The notes beneath the pieces are model-generated. The model was not told where the DNA came from and searched no databases. It worked only from the letters and a program-made list of their open reading frames with translations. DNA of 51,402 bases from Chromera velia. Lineage: Eukaryota. The DNA is taken from contig JAHBMJ010000280.1 in assembly GCA_018398765.1 (NCBI GenBank), positions 1-51,402 on the forward strand. The letters run 5' to 3'. Both the position numbers and the translations under genes were made by a program. This document shows positions 1 through 11,900 of the stretch, in pieces; within the stretch, counting starts at the first letter, position 1, and every line of letters begins with the position of its first letter.

Positions 1-179
1 CTGTGACGGTCTTATGTTGACTAAATTGTCATAATTGATATGATCATATAAATTTAATTATGACATTTTCCAATTTTTAAGGCTTTTTTGATTACTAATT
101 TTCGACTATAAACAGTGAATAACTTGAGACTAGCAGTGTCTAGCTAATATAAAAAAATGAGGTTTCTATTAATTAAAAG

Positions 180-262
180 TGAACCTGTTTTTGAACCTGT
201 TTTTGAACCTGATTCAGGTTCATTACTTCGAAGTGAACCTTGAACCTTGAACCTTGAACCTT
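180..262. repeat. Short tandem repeats with a TGAACCT core (12-mer GAACCTGTTTTT x2-3, then 7-mer GAACCTT x4)
   Basis: Read directly: gtgaacctgtttttgaacctgtttttgaacctg...gtgaaccttgaaccttgaaccttgaacctt. Confidence 0.8.
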
Positions 263-434
263 TTCCTAGCACTATTCTTGTCTAAATTGTTTAGCTGTTG
301 TATGGGTGTTGCACACTTAGATCTTGCAAGATGTTGCAAACGGTTCAAAAAAATATATAATAATAAAAAAATGTATCTCAATTTTCCCGATTTTTTAAAT
401 TGTTTTTTCTCTGTGATATGCCTATCGGTGAAAG

Positions 435-776
435 GGTCTGCAGAGCAAGATGGACTGCTGCAACTGGGGAAAGAGGTATTGGGGAAGAAGAGACATATGT
501 AAGAGAGCTCGTTTCATTCATTGTAGACCGGGAACCGAAGAAGGTAAGTACACTGATCGAAGTTTTTCTGAAATGAGTACACGTGCGTCTTGTATGGGTG
601 TTCAGCCTTTAGCTTCAGCCTAGGCTGCGGAGGGTCGTGGTTGTCCATATTCATGCGGAAGCAGGCTAAGCTACGACGGTTTACTCCTTTTGTTTACAAC
701 TGCATGCATGGGTTGCCATTTGTCTCTGGTTTCAGAGACCCTAGGCTTAACCACAATTAAGTAAAGTAAGTAAGTA
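435..776 (+). mobile_element. 5'-truncated non-LTR retroelement 3' end with (TAAG)n-type tail
   Basis: Short coding-like remnant (GEEETYVRELVSFIVDREPKKVSTLIEVFLK*), then hairpin gtctctg-gttt-cagagac and tail ttaagtaaagtaagtaagta. The last ~75 bp recur at 36345-36428. Confidence 0.6.
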
Positions 777-1208
777 GTAGCTAGGCTTCGACGGCTATAG
801 TCATTCAAAAAAAAAAAAGTAGCTGTAGTAATTTACTAGTAAATCACTGTCTAGATCACTGTATATTAATCTAGTAGCTGCGAAAAAAACTTATTGAATC
901 TAGATACTAGTTTTTAATTTTTGAAACAAATTGTATAATCTGCAGTGTCTACCAGTTTGTGTCGCAAAATTCCCAGAAAAAAATAAAAATAAAATTAACT
1001 ACATATTCATATTATAGTAGTATATAGTAGTAGTAAAACTGGTAGGTATTAAAACTCTAATGTATGCTGATATATTACTATAATATTAGTACTAAGATAT
1101 ATTACTAGATATATTACCAACACTATAGTACAAACAGTGTCACTCTAGTCTTTGAAGCTCACATTTAAGTTATGAGAACTTGGTATGAGTTGTTTGCTAG
1201 GTTATGTG

Positions 1209-1460
1209 CTAGGCGATGCACAGTGATAAAAAAAAAGAAAAAAAAATCTGGAGAAGCCTAAGCTTTATTATTATTATTATTATTATTATTTTATTGGAAG
1301 TGCTAAACATATAACAAAAACACATCTAACTACAAAACCTACCTTTGCTAAGTTTGTTTGAACCTTTGACTGCCAGGCTAAAAAAAAAAAAAAAAGAACT
1401 TGAAAAAAAAAATCTTAACATGTCTATTCTTTTTTTTTTTTACCATTGTGCGTCGCCTAG
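1209..1460. mobile_element. MITE-like element with ~25-bp terminal inverted repeats
   Basis: Left ctaggcgatgcacagtgataaaaaa; right ttttttaccattgtgcgtcgcctag (reverse complement, 3 mismatches). Possible TA target duplication; non-coding interior. Confidence 0.65.
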
Positions 1461-1840
1461 GTTGTTTGCTTCTTCTATATAGAATTTAATAATTCAAATT
1501 ATAAAAGAGTCATATGGCATAGCAGCATCATACAGACAGTATAAAGCCTGATGATGATATAAAGGTATACCTAGATGCAATACTTTAAGCCATATGCGAT
1601 ACTTAATTTAGGCTGCTCGCGGCTGGAGCTCTCAGGACATGCGCTAAGGTTGCATCCATCTCAATTAAAAAAAGTTCATAGAAAGTCTGGAGGTTGGAAC
1701 CTTAAAAAGCCTGTTATCACTAGTGTTATCACCTCATGTTGAACTTTCTTTTCTTTCTCAGCACTATTCGTTTGTTTGGTTAATTTGAACCGAAGAAGAG
1801 ATCGGACGCTTCAAAAGTTCGATTAGTTTCGATCAGCAAA

Positions 1841-3427
1841 CTAGTACGTGCGGCACACCTCTTCAGTTGCGTCTCCTCTTTTGAGTCTCATTTGGGTGCC
1901 ATTGATAACACCTGCTAGATACTTTACAACTGCTCCTTTGAGCTTTCTCTGCTGAAAAAGAAAATGGTTAAAACCTGAGGATGCATCTTCCTTTTCCCCG
2001 GTCTCTCCCAACTTCAACGAGGAAGAAGGGCAGGACGACAGGGCACCTGCCAGCGTCTCAACTGAATTCTTCACCTCATGTGCCTCTAGAGGCCTCTGAC
2101 GTTGTCACGCAGTACTCTAACAAATCCTCCCCCCGCAGTGCTGCTTTGGCAATCTGCTCTGCCTTTCCCCCCATCGAAAAACGCGGGGGGGTACTGGGTG
2201 GCTACTCTCGCTGTGCGCGAGGCGTCTCGACCATTGTGTCAAGGCTCTTCTGACTTGATGAGGCTGCCTGAACCTGATGTCTTCAAACCCCGGCGTTCTG
2301 TCCTCATACAGGACCAGCGTACCTGCCTCTTCTGCTCTCTGTACTAGTCCACTCCCTTGAGGGGTGCGAGCAACGATGTACACCCATCCGTCACGCTCCC
2401 CTGCGCGGGACGGCGTCATACTGTCCCGGTGTTCGGGTTCACTCCTCGGCCAGCAGTCCATTACGACCACATCTGCCTGCATGCCGAGATAATCTGGGCA
2501 GAGCTTACAGCGCCACTGCCACGTGTGGAGGATCGAGTGGTTTCTCGGCGGTACTGTCCAAAAATCAACATAATCCATCGCAAACGACTTCCCCGATTTC
2601 GTGACCACTCCGGGACAGTCCCCCGGACACCCGTTCCCACGCCACTGGAATGTTTCCACATCTTCTGATTCAATTTTGTGCATCTGTAAAAATTTGTCGG
2701 GAGTAGTGCCGTCGGGATACATGCCGCAGCTGATGCTGAGAAGATACCGACAATTTGCCCCCTTCCACACACTCCCGAGGCCGTTGACCATCGCGTTGAT
2801 GTCACATGGTTTTCCTATCAAAGCAAACAACTCTCCTGAGCAGATCACGTCAGAGATTCCCTGAAGGACCGCTGTACGTGCATATCGGCTTCCCATTCCT
2901 CCCAGCAACTCCTCTTTTGTACGACTGACTCGAGACCCACTGCTGGTCAGATCGCGATAGTACACGGAAGGGTTGGCATGTACGATACACTGGACCTCTC
3001 CACTCTCTAAGAGATGCAATGCGAGCGCAGTAAGGCCACCACCTGCTGCTGCCTTGTGCCTCACACCAGGATCTGCCGCGTGGCCACAATGCATGCTCAC
3101 GTAGCCCCCTACCACGGGGTCATTCGTGTGAACCATTCCCGCCATTCCCTCCTGACCCCCTACGAAAGCTCCAGGGCAGATCTTGAGCACTTTTTTCTGT
3201 TCCTCTGGAGTGAGTCTGCGGTGGAAGCAGGGGCGGAGGCGGGAGTGCGGCTCTTGGAATTGCATGCTGACTGCCTCTGATCCGAGCACAGCCTCACACG
3301 CCCCACAGGACGAGCAGAGACCGCTGCTCACCACTTCCTCGAGGGATTCTGGTCCACGAGAGGGCATCGCAGCACTCTGCACCAGCAAGTCCTCGATGTC
3401 ACAAGGTTCTTTCTTCTCCATGCTCAT
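1841..3427 (-). CDS. Coenzyme F420 hydrogenase/dehydrogenase beta-subunit (FrhB) family Fe-S flavoprotein; 3' end interrupted
   Basis: ORF 2117-3427 has GLCSSCGAC, CPG, AAAGGGLTAL, GSRY, IGKPCDI, WRGNGCPG and WRCKLCPD..ADVVVMDCW, all typical of FrhB-family proteins. ORF 1841-2074 is in the same frame and looks like the C-terminus, separated by stops at 2117-2119 and 2105-2107. Confidence 0.8.
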
Positions 3428-3639
3428 CAGTGTTTTTACTCTTCCATATGTATGTGGTTTTTGTTTCGCTGGAAAAATCAGTCTGGTGCCACTGAGAGTC
3501 TCTGAGAGGCCCTTACGGAAAATGACAAAGAAACTGTTATCGATATGCCGTTACTACGGAGCACATGAAAGAATTACCCATCAGAACATCACAATTCTAC
3601 TCTGTGGCAGAGCACCTCGGAACATCTTTGAGTTGGTGG

Positions 3640-3900
3640 CAACTTGGTGCATGCATGCATGGACGGACGGCGTCGGACGCATGTCGGACGCTGCTATACA
3701 GATGCTCAGTGCCAATGATGCACGCTCGATCGTCGGATCGACTCAAACACGCGAGCGCTAAAGAGCGCGGGCCGCGCGTGTATCTAGCTGCCGCGGCATG
3801 CGCAAGATATATCAAGATATGCATGTTCCTGCGATTAGTGTGAGCTCGCCGCGGATTCGCCGCGCGCATGCAAGTATTGACAACAAAAATGCATGCGCAT
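3640..3900. promoter_or_regulatory. Divergent promoter region with clustered GCATGC/TGCATGCA and CGCG motifs
   Basis: Lies between head-to-head genes (3427 minus, 4074 plus); tgcatgcatgcat at 3648-3660, further gcatgc at ~3796, ~3867, ~3891. Confidence 0.45.
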
Positions 3901-4073
3901 TCGAATCGAACCACAGTCAAAATCGATCAAAGAACTTTAATCACCACGTTTCCTGAGCATCGCTTGCCATTATTCCATCTCACAAGTGTCCCCGAAGAGT
4001 GACAGAGCAGCAGAACATAGACTATACCGTGTTCTAAAGAACTGAAAAGAAGTGACAAAAGAGCAAACAACGC

Positions 4074-4799
4074 ATGGATACGAGAGTACTCCAAACAGAT
4101 CCGCACCCTGATTATCCGCCCCTGGCAGAAGTACTGCAAGAGTTCAGGAGTACAAATCAGGCTGTCACCATGGAGCAAGATCTCCCGACGTGTACAGTGG
4201 AGCTGGACGCTTCCTCGTACAATGCTCTCCTCCAGTATGGAGGAACGCTTTCGTCCCACGCTACTTTCGCTGTTGGTCCTGGCGGGTCTGCGGCAGGGTA
4301 TGGAACCTCTTCGTTCAAGCGGATGCGGTACGTCAGGGTCGATCCTGCACTGACACAGAGCTGCACTGGAGAGAGGCTGAAGGCCTTCGTGAAGAGATGC
4401 TGCCACAAGGATGCCGACTGGGCATATCTGTACACTCCTGCGGACTGGGAGAAGAGGAAGGAGTTCGATCAGAAGTGGGGAGAACTGCATGAGGACACCT
4501 GGTGGAAGTGGCCTCTACTTTTTACCAAGATTCTTCTTTTCGTTGCTGGTTTAAGTTTGACTGTTCTGGGGGCCACCTTCACACACTATTGTGACCCTGA
4601 GTCTTACTTCTCTGATACTGAAATGTGCAGTACCGCAGTTTCATTGCTCATTGCTGGTGTGATTCTGTCTGTTGCGCTGATTACCGTTCAGACCATTCAG
4701 TGGTGCACACATCGTGCACAGAGGAAGCACCTCTGGGATAACGTCTGCCCGACTACCTATTTGATAGACAGGAACTATGTCGTCCTTGCTGGAGCATGA
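4074..4799 (+). CDS. Hypothetical membrane protein, 241 aa, two C-terminal transmembrane helices
   Basis: Clean ATG-TGA ORF with coding-like composition; hydrophobic stretches WPLLFTKILLFVAGLSLTVLGATF and AVSLLIAGVILSVALITV. No family recognised. Confidence 0.7.
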   Translation: MDTRVLQTDPHPDYPPLAEVLQEFRSTNQAVTMEQDLPTCTVELDASSYNALLQYGGTLSSHATFAVGPGGSAAGYGTSSFKRMRYVRVDPALTQSCTGERLKAFVKRCCHKDADWAYLYTPADWEKRKEFDQKWGELHEDTWWKWPLLFTKILLFVAGLSLTVLGATFTHYCDPESYFSDTEMCSTAVSLLIAGVILSVALITVQTIQWCTHRAQRKHLWDNVCPTTYLIDRNYVVLAGA

Positions 4800-6014
4800 G
4801 AATATTTTGAAAAGAGGAATATTCTCACAGACTCGTCTGCGGAGCCGAAAGAAAGTATGTCACCATGGGCGAAACGAGCTTGAGAGACTTTTTTTCTAAC
4901 CGTCCTCTCTTCATGGAATTCCAGAAATTTTACAGGGCGTGACAGTAGATTCACAGGAGGATATCGGGATAAGTGTCTGTGGGCTCGTGTCATCGCATGA
5001 TACAATTGCATCAGGTTGTTCATAGTCCAGAAAGAGAAGAGAGATTTGGGTTTATGTGTTCTCAGGTTTGTAAGCTGCACACTGTATGAATGATTTTCTG
5101 TTGCATGACTTGATCCGTCAGGACACAGTGTGATGCACGCATGCGTTGTTGTTGTTGTTGTTGTTGTTGTTATTTGATGCATTCGGAAAAACGATTCCTG
5201 CTTACAGTTCTTCCATGTTGTTTGCTGAATAATAAAATCCTTCGTGGTCAGATTTCAAGGTTCAAACGACCGCATTACACGATCGACTCTATTCTTGTTC
5301 AAATTGAAATACATGTTTTTACGTTGTATTATTAACTTGTATGAATGACCGAGATGCTAGATGAGATAGCAAATTTTAAAGAACAACTTATCAGCTCAAG
5401 TACTAGCTTCTCTGACTTCATGAATTTGACATTGACCGTCTCTATGACATTCAATCTCCTTTAAAGACGTTTTTTATTTTAATAGAAAATCATTTTTTTT
5501 TTTTGATTGATTGATTGATATGTTCCGCCCTAGGGCCTTCCCGCTATGTCTATCTGTCGCCAGAGCTAGCTATTTAATAAAAGTTCAGATAAAAAGATAT
5601 GGAGTTATATTATGTTGTATAGCCGGATTGACTGATCGCTAGACTGATTGCAGAAACGGTATGAGAAACCTAGCTGTCTATATAATATATTAGGTACCAA
5701 CTTATAAAAAATATGAGTAGAAAAGTGATAGAAACAAAAAAAGTAGGAACTATTTGAGTGCGGTTTATCCTGTATGAGGTATAGCGGTTTTAGCTCAGTA
5801 CTTTTCAATCGTGACATCACATACTGGCAGTTTAATATTCTAGTTAATATTACTTAGAATATAACAACTCTAACAAAGATTATGTACTTTTTAAACAAGA
5901 GACTCGGCTCGTTCTTTAATACTTTAAAAAAGATATTAAAAAACGATATGCACAACTTGTATGTTTATAAAGTTTAAATACATTTGAAGTTAACCTGATC
6001 GATCAACCTTCCAA

Positions 6015-6265
6015 TCAACCCCGTCTTGCAAGCGACTCATTTCGGTTCATCCCCCCTCGTTGCCGTCCTGACTGTTGTTTTTTGTCCCTTTTCTTCCCAT
6101 TCTGTTGTTGTTCCTGGTACTTCTCCCTCTGTTGCGCAATTGCCTCTTTCCCCTGATTCGTCATCTTGTTCCACTGGCCCAGCATCCTCCCATAGAAGCC
6201 CTGCACGCACGTATGCACGCACGCTCAGACACACACACACACATTCTCTCTCTCTCTCTCTCTCA

Positions 6266-6303
<38 letters not shown>

Positions 6304-6308
6304 TGCAA

Positions 6309-6340
<32 letters not shown>

Positions 6341-6365
6341 ACACAAACACACACAAACACACACA

Positions 6366-6402
<37 letters not shown>

Positions 6403-6533
6403 TCACACACATATACACACACACACACTCACTCACTCACTCACTCTCTCTCACACACACACGCACACACACACACACACACACACACTCACGCACACGC
6501 ACACGCACACGCACACGCACACTCACTCACACA

Positions 6534-6566
<33 letters not shown>

Positions 6567-8319
6567 GCAAACACACTCACTCACTCACTCACTCACACAC
6601 ACACACACACTCACTCACTCACTCACTCACTCACTCACCCACTCACTCACTTACACACACGTACTCACACACACACTCTCTCTCTCACACACACAGACCC
6701 TTGCCGCCCCGACTGTACTGTCTGCTTTTGTTGATACAACAATCAAAAAGGGAAACCGGTCGGGAGGGAGGGAGGGCCGGGCAGTTGCCGAAAGAAAACG
6801 CCGTAGCGACTGCATGAGATCAGTCATCTTTCTTGTGCACGGACACGCAGGCAGAGAGGTTCTTCTTGTGAAGAAACGAAATTACAGGTCTTCCGCGTGG
6901 CTTTGCAGTTCGACTGCCCGCTTCATCATCCCACACGAACTCCTTCTTTCCCTCCCAACCTCGAGAAACAAATCAATAAACCGATTCAAAGATTGAACGA
7001 CCTACCGTTTGGCGTTGCATTGCTGTTTGCTCCTCAGTACTGATAGGGGGAGCCCAGTTGGATCTGCATTCAGTGAGTGAGATAGCATGCATGTGAGTGA
7101 GATTACATCCATAAACACACAGACACAGCGACTGATGTGTACGTATTGGATTCAAAAATCCATGAACAACTAACCAGGAGACTGGCAGAGCGACCGACTA
7201 ACTTACGGGCCGACGACAGACTCGATGAATCCTGTTTTGCTCGTGAACTCTGACTGACTTGCAACGTTTTCCGTCTGCCAAATCTCTCAGGTTCTCAAAC
7301 GTCGTCGCCCCGCAGATCCATTGGTGGCTTTTTCTGTTGAAGAAGTAAGGAATCCCACCACACCGAGAGTCCCGGTCGATAATTCTCAAGAGCTCTGCAT
7401 TCGCGACATCCCGTTGGACCTCGAGCTTCTTAAACTTGACCTTCAACTCCGTTTCCACACGACGAACTACTGGCCTCATCTCCTGACACACAGAGACGCA
7501 CAGAGAGACAGACCATGCATTTCTTCTCGTACCCTCCTTTTCCTCTTTTCTGGCTCTTGTGTGACAGCGTCATTGCCCGACAAACGAGCTCTCTCACTCT
7601 TCTTTCCTCGTCATGCTTTCTTTCGTTTGGTCTTTGTCTGTTTTGCGCATACACAAGAGACAAAACAGAAAGCAGAAAAAAGAGAGAAGGACAAGAAACA
7701 AAATGAAAGAAAGAAATCAAGAAAGAGGGAAGTTCTAGGCGTCCCCCAGAAAGTGGGTAGTGAGTCAGACAGCAACGAGCTGTCTTGGTCGGGTTGTTGC
7801 AGTGGTGACGAGCGTGACAGATAGTGTGACAAGTGGAAGCAGGGGCGGGACGAGAACGGTGGGAGCGTGTGATGGAGTGGAGGAAAGCTTCAGCCGGATT
7901 GAAGGGAGTGGAAGAGAGCAGAGACGGCAGACGAAAGGAAACCGGTGGGTAAGGAAAGAGAGAATACCATGAGAGCGGAGAAGAAAGAAGGCACCATAAG
8001 AGAGGACAGACGAGAGACGGCTGCAGCCGTCTCTGCCATTCTGCCATTGTTTCTCACATGAACACGGACCTCGCACCGCTCGCAAGTTGATGAATAGAAC
8101 TGAAACAGCCACGGCTCCTTGTCTTTGCTTCTGGGAAGTAGAATGGCAGTAGGGAAGCGTGCACGCCCCAGACGGAACGTGCCCGCCTCAGCCTGCAGAG
8201 CGAAACAGAGACACGTGAGCAGGAAGTCCTCTCTCAATCAAAACACCTGTGAGAAATCCAATGCTGACCATTACACTGAGGAGACCCAGCAAGACCACAG
8301 TGATATGTGTGCACGTCAT
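6015..8319 (-). CDS. Thioredoxin-like CxxC protein (~213 aa) with probable plastid-targeting leader, resembling apicomplexan ATrx2-type proteins
   Basis: Manually spliced exons 8319-8269, 8192-8070, 7482-7259, 7063-7006, 6200-6015, all GT-AG and in phase. Gives [27 protein letters not shown]...[23 protein letters not shown]...[25 protein letters not shown]...RQTGFYGR. Confidence 0.75.
6229..6695. repeat. Compound (CA)n/(CT)n/(CACT)n microsatellite, ~470 bp, intronic
   Basis: Read directly; lies in the last intron of the thioredoxin-like gene. Confidence 0.95.
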
Positions 8320-8915
8320 TTTCACGGAAAATGAGGGTGAGAGGCACCTCGACAACGATCCGTCTCCGTCCTCGCGTCTCTCAAAAGACCCACTGGACCA
8401 GAAAGCGGCCTCGCAGCGCTTTTTTGTCAGAGTCGTGTGACACTCTACGCAAGTCACTCAAGCGCTACGTATATATGACAGTGGGACATTCAGCATCTGT
8501 GACATTGAAGTTACAGGTTCCTCGTACAGAGCCTGAGAGCGAGCAGTAGGACAAATGGCATGCCGGCCGGGGCAGTTTTTTTCGGGGCTCTTATGGGGCA
8601 TTATGGGGCCCTTAATTCAAACTTTTTAATCAATTGAGACTTGCATGCGGACAATTGCGGACATGCATGCACTTTCCAGCGCGCGTGCATGACGAATTCG
8701 TCGATCGCAGCCGTCTCTGAGACCAGCTCTGCATACTTTCTTCTGTATACCAGATCGCAAAGGCCGTGCACGTGACAGAGGTGCTCTTACTTGCCTTGCC
8801 AGAACTTTGGTTGACTGTGCGGTTTTTCTGGCCGGGTCGGGCCGAGCGATTCCTGTAATCTTTCTTTTTGTTGTTTTTGCTTCAATTTTGACAGAGGAGA
8901 CGCGAGTTTGCTAAG

Positions 8916-11900
8916 ATGGAAGTGAATGGAGGTGGTATCGACTTTCAGGCGGCCATCGAGGCCTATATCAAGCCTGACGGCCTTCCAGAAGAGCAGGTGA
9001 GTGCCTTGAATGGTATTTTGCTCTGTATTCAGGGGCAGAAGGCTTCGATTTTGGATTTGGTGACTGACCTGGGAGCCGGGTTGACCTCCGAGACGCCGGC
9101 CGTGAGAAGACGGTCCGCTCTGTGCATAGGGGAAGTTTTCCATCGACTGCCTGAGCTGGATCTTTCAGTGAAGCAAGTAGAGACAATCGTTGCTTTCTTT
9201 TCCTCTCGCATCGCCGATTGGCACAGCATCGAGGGCACGATGAAGGTCTTCCTTGCCCTTGCGAAATTTCACCGCGAGCTGCTGGCAGAGAGTCGGGATG
9301 AGGAAGGAATCCCCGTCATGAAGGCGATGACAGTGGCGGTGAACAGGCATGTGCATGCACCGTCGTTCGCACAACCCATCCGTCACCTGGTTTTGGAGTT
9401 TTTGACTCTTGTTGTGACTGAGTGGCCAGAGACGGCCAAGGAGATCGGGTGCAAATTTGCTGGAGAGGTTTGCCAGCAGGCGGAGGACGAAAAGGATCCT
9501 CGGAACCTGCTCCTCTCCTTGCCTCTTCTTTCACGCGTAGTGAAGCTCTTTGAAGACGAACTCCAACAGGATGCCATGCTGCACGTTGCCGACATCCTGA
9601 CAGGGTACTTCCCCATCCAGTTCAGACCGGGGGCCCATGACCCCTTTCCTTTCTCAGGTGAGGGCAAGAGTTAGAGAGTCAAATGGGCAGAGAGAAATTT
9701 GGGCAGGGTGACAGTGGAGTTGGGTGGGAAGGGCTGGTGTAGACGGTCAACCATGTATTCTTCTGTCCTTGGTTCTGAAGCTCTTCTTTCCTTTGCCTCG
9801 TTCTCCGGTTGCCATTCTACCTTTATCTCTTTTGGGGGGCTTCTGGATTTCCGAATTTCTCTTTTGGTGTCTGCATTTCTGTCCCGCTCACTACTCTTTT
9901 TGTTTGTGCGGATATGCGTGTCTCCTCTCGTGTCTGCGCAGAGAGCGACCTGAAGAGGGAGCTGAGAGATGCCCTTGCCTCCTCCGCCCGTCTTCACAGC
10001 GAGGTCTTGCCGTGGCTGCTCGACTGCATGAGGGCACAGTCGGAACCCTCGGACGATAACTTGGAGGACTGCGTGGAGACTATCGGCAAGTGCCTCACAG
10101 GTTGGAAAGAAGGAATGATTGTCTTTCTCTTTCTTGTCTGTTTTTCTGTCCGGCCGTCTGATTGTTGGGGAAATAGAGAAATCACGCAGTCCTTTTGCAT
10201 TTGTACCTGCTAGTTTCTGCCTTTCTTTGCACGGCACTTGGTAAAGTTGTAGAGGCCTGCGTGATCTCTCTGTTCGTCCATTGTTTGGGAGGTTGTGGAG
10301 GGCCTGTGTTGGGATTTTTGATTTGATTTGGTGTTCGTGTGGAGAGGCGGGGTCGAAAGACCTGACTCTGAATCCGGCCGGCACTGTCCAAAGAGGACCT
10401 CTTTTGTTGGCCAAGAAGTTTTTCTCTTTTCCTTCTGGGTCTTCGCGTGAGCGCAGTGTTTGGGGATAACTCGCAGTCCATTTATTATTTTCTTGTCATC
10501 CTTTACTTTACTTCCTTTTCTTGCGTGTCTGCCTGCCTGCAGCTTACGGAGGTCCTGTGGCCCGTCTTCATCTGACAGAGATCTTCACTGTGGTGTCTGA
10601 TGAGATTTTTGTTCCTTCTGCCAAGAGCTTCCAGACAGGAATCTTCTCCAGATTGTGGGAGAAAACACTCGCAATTGCCATCTCCGATGTGCCTGTCGGA
10701 CTCTACCCGTCTTGGTCAGTCAGGCAGGCACTCTCTCTGTCACGTTTCTGCCTTACGAAAGCCAGCCCCTCCCCTTGATTTATTTCCTTCTCCCAGATAG
10801 CCAAAGAAGCGAAAGCAGAACTTTTCTCTGTCGGTCTGACTGACTCATGTTCCCCCTGCGTGACTCGAATTCTTTCTGAAATTGCAGGTTTGACTCTGTC
10901 CTTGCTCCTGCTTTGGACGATTTGAGCATTCAGATAGTCAACAACAAGGACCCCTGCAGTCCCGCCTTCAAGTCCGTTAAGCACATAGTCCTCGCCTCGG
11001 TCCGTGCGGGTGTGGTTGTCGTTCCCCTCATACTCCAACGCATCGTTCTTCCTGCTGCCAAACACGCCGCAGAGCTTGAGGCCGATTCGGCGTCAAGCAG
11101 CGGGACTACGGGTGCCTCTAGTTCCCCCGACACAAAAGAAGGAGCGGGAGGTGCGGGAGGGTTCTCAACCAAAAAGGGGGAGGATGCAGAGACACTGCAC
11201 AAGAGGGAGGAAGCAACAGTTCGATTCGTTGCCGAAGTGCTGGAGGAGGCCAATGTGTCTCACCGTCTCTGTTCCCCCTCAGCGTTGCGCGTTCACACAC
11301 GGAGTTTTACCGCAGAAACAACTGACCTCTGCCTGAAGTTGCTCTCACCGATAGACAGGGGGGAAGGTCCAATGCTCCACGTCTTACAACATCGCATCAA
11401 CCTTGTGAAGTACATTCTCAAGGCACTAACCTGCCTTGCTTCACTTCCCGGGACTCCAGCACCCCAGAGCAAAACCCTGTGTAACCTGTTGATTCGTCTC
11501 CCCCCTTTTTCATTCAACCGAGTAGCCCTAGAAGCAGACAGCCCGCACTTGTCACCACTCGACCCTGCCCAGCAAGAGTTCGTAACTCTCTGGCAGCAGC
11601 ACCTTGCTCAGCATGTGCGCCTCGAAGGTCACCTTGACGGCCTCAATCCTCTCCTAGACGTTGTATATGACAGCCTCGCCTCACTGTTGCACTGCCACCC
11701 AGACTCTGACATTCCCAGAACGGTCTCCGATCTGGTGGCAACAGCCCTCCCGTTTGAGGCAGCCGAAAGGTGGAAGGCTGTCCCCATGCATATTCTTTCT
11801 GCCCTCGAGGTTGCTGCTCGACCTCTTTCCGCCCCACCGCCTTCTCTTGGTGACGCCGCAGTGTGTGGCAGACAATCCCTTGAAGCGAACCTAGGGCTGA

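Noticed and set aside
180..262. Telomeric repeat (cf. Plasmodium GGGTTCA)
   Set aside because: The unit is AGGTTCA with only four tandem copies and an internal position; too short to call telomeric.
780..1200. TA/CTAG-rich DNA suggesting RIP-like mutation
   Set aside because: The two family A MITE copies differ by mixed transitions and transversions, with no clear directional signature by eye.
6026..6817. His/Thr-rich ORFs of 219-263 aa
   Set aside because: Translation of an intronic (CA)n microsatellite.
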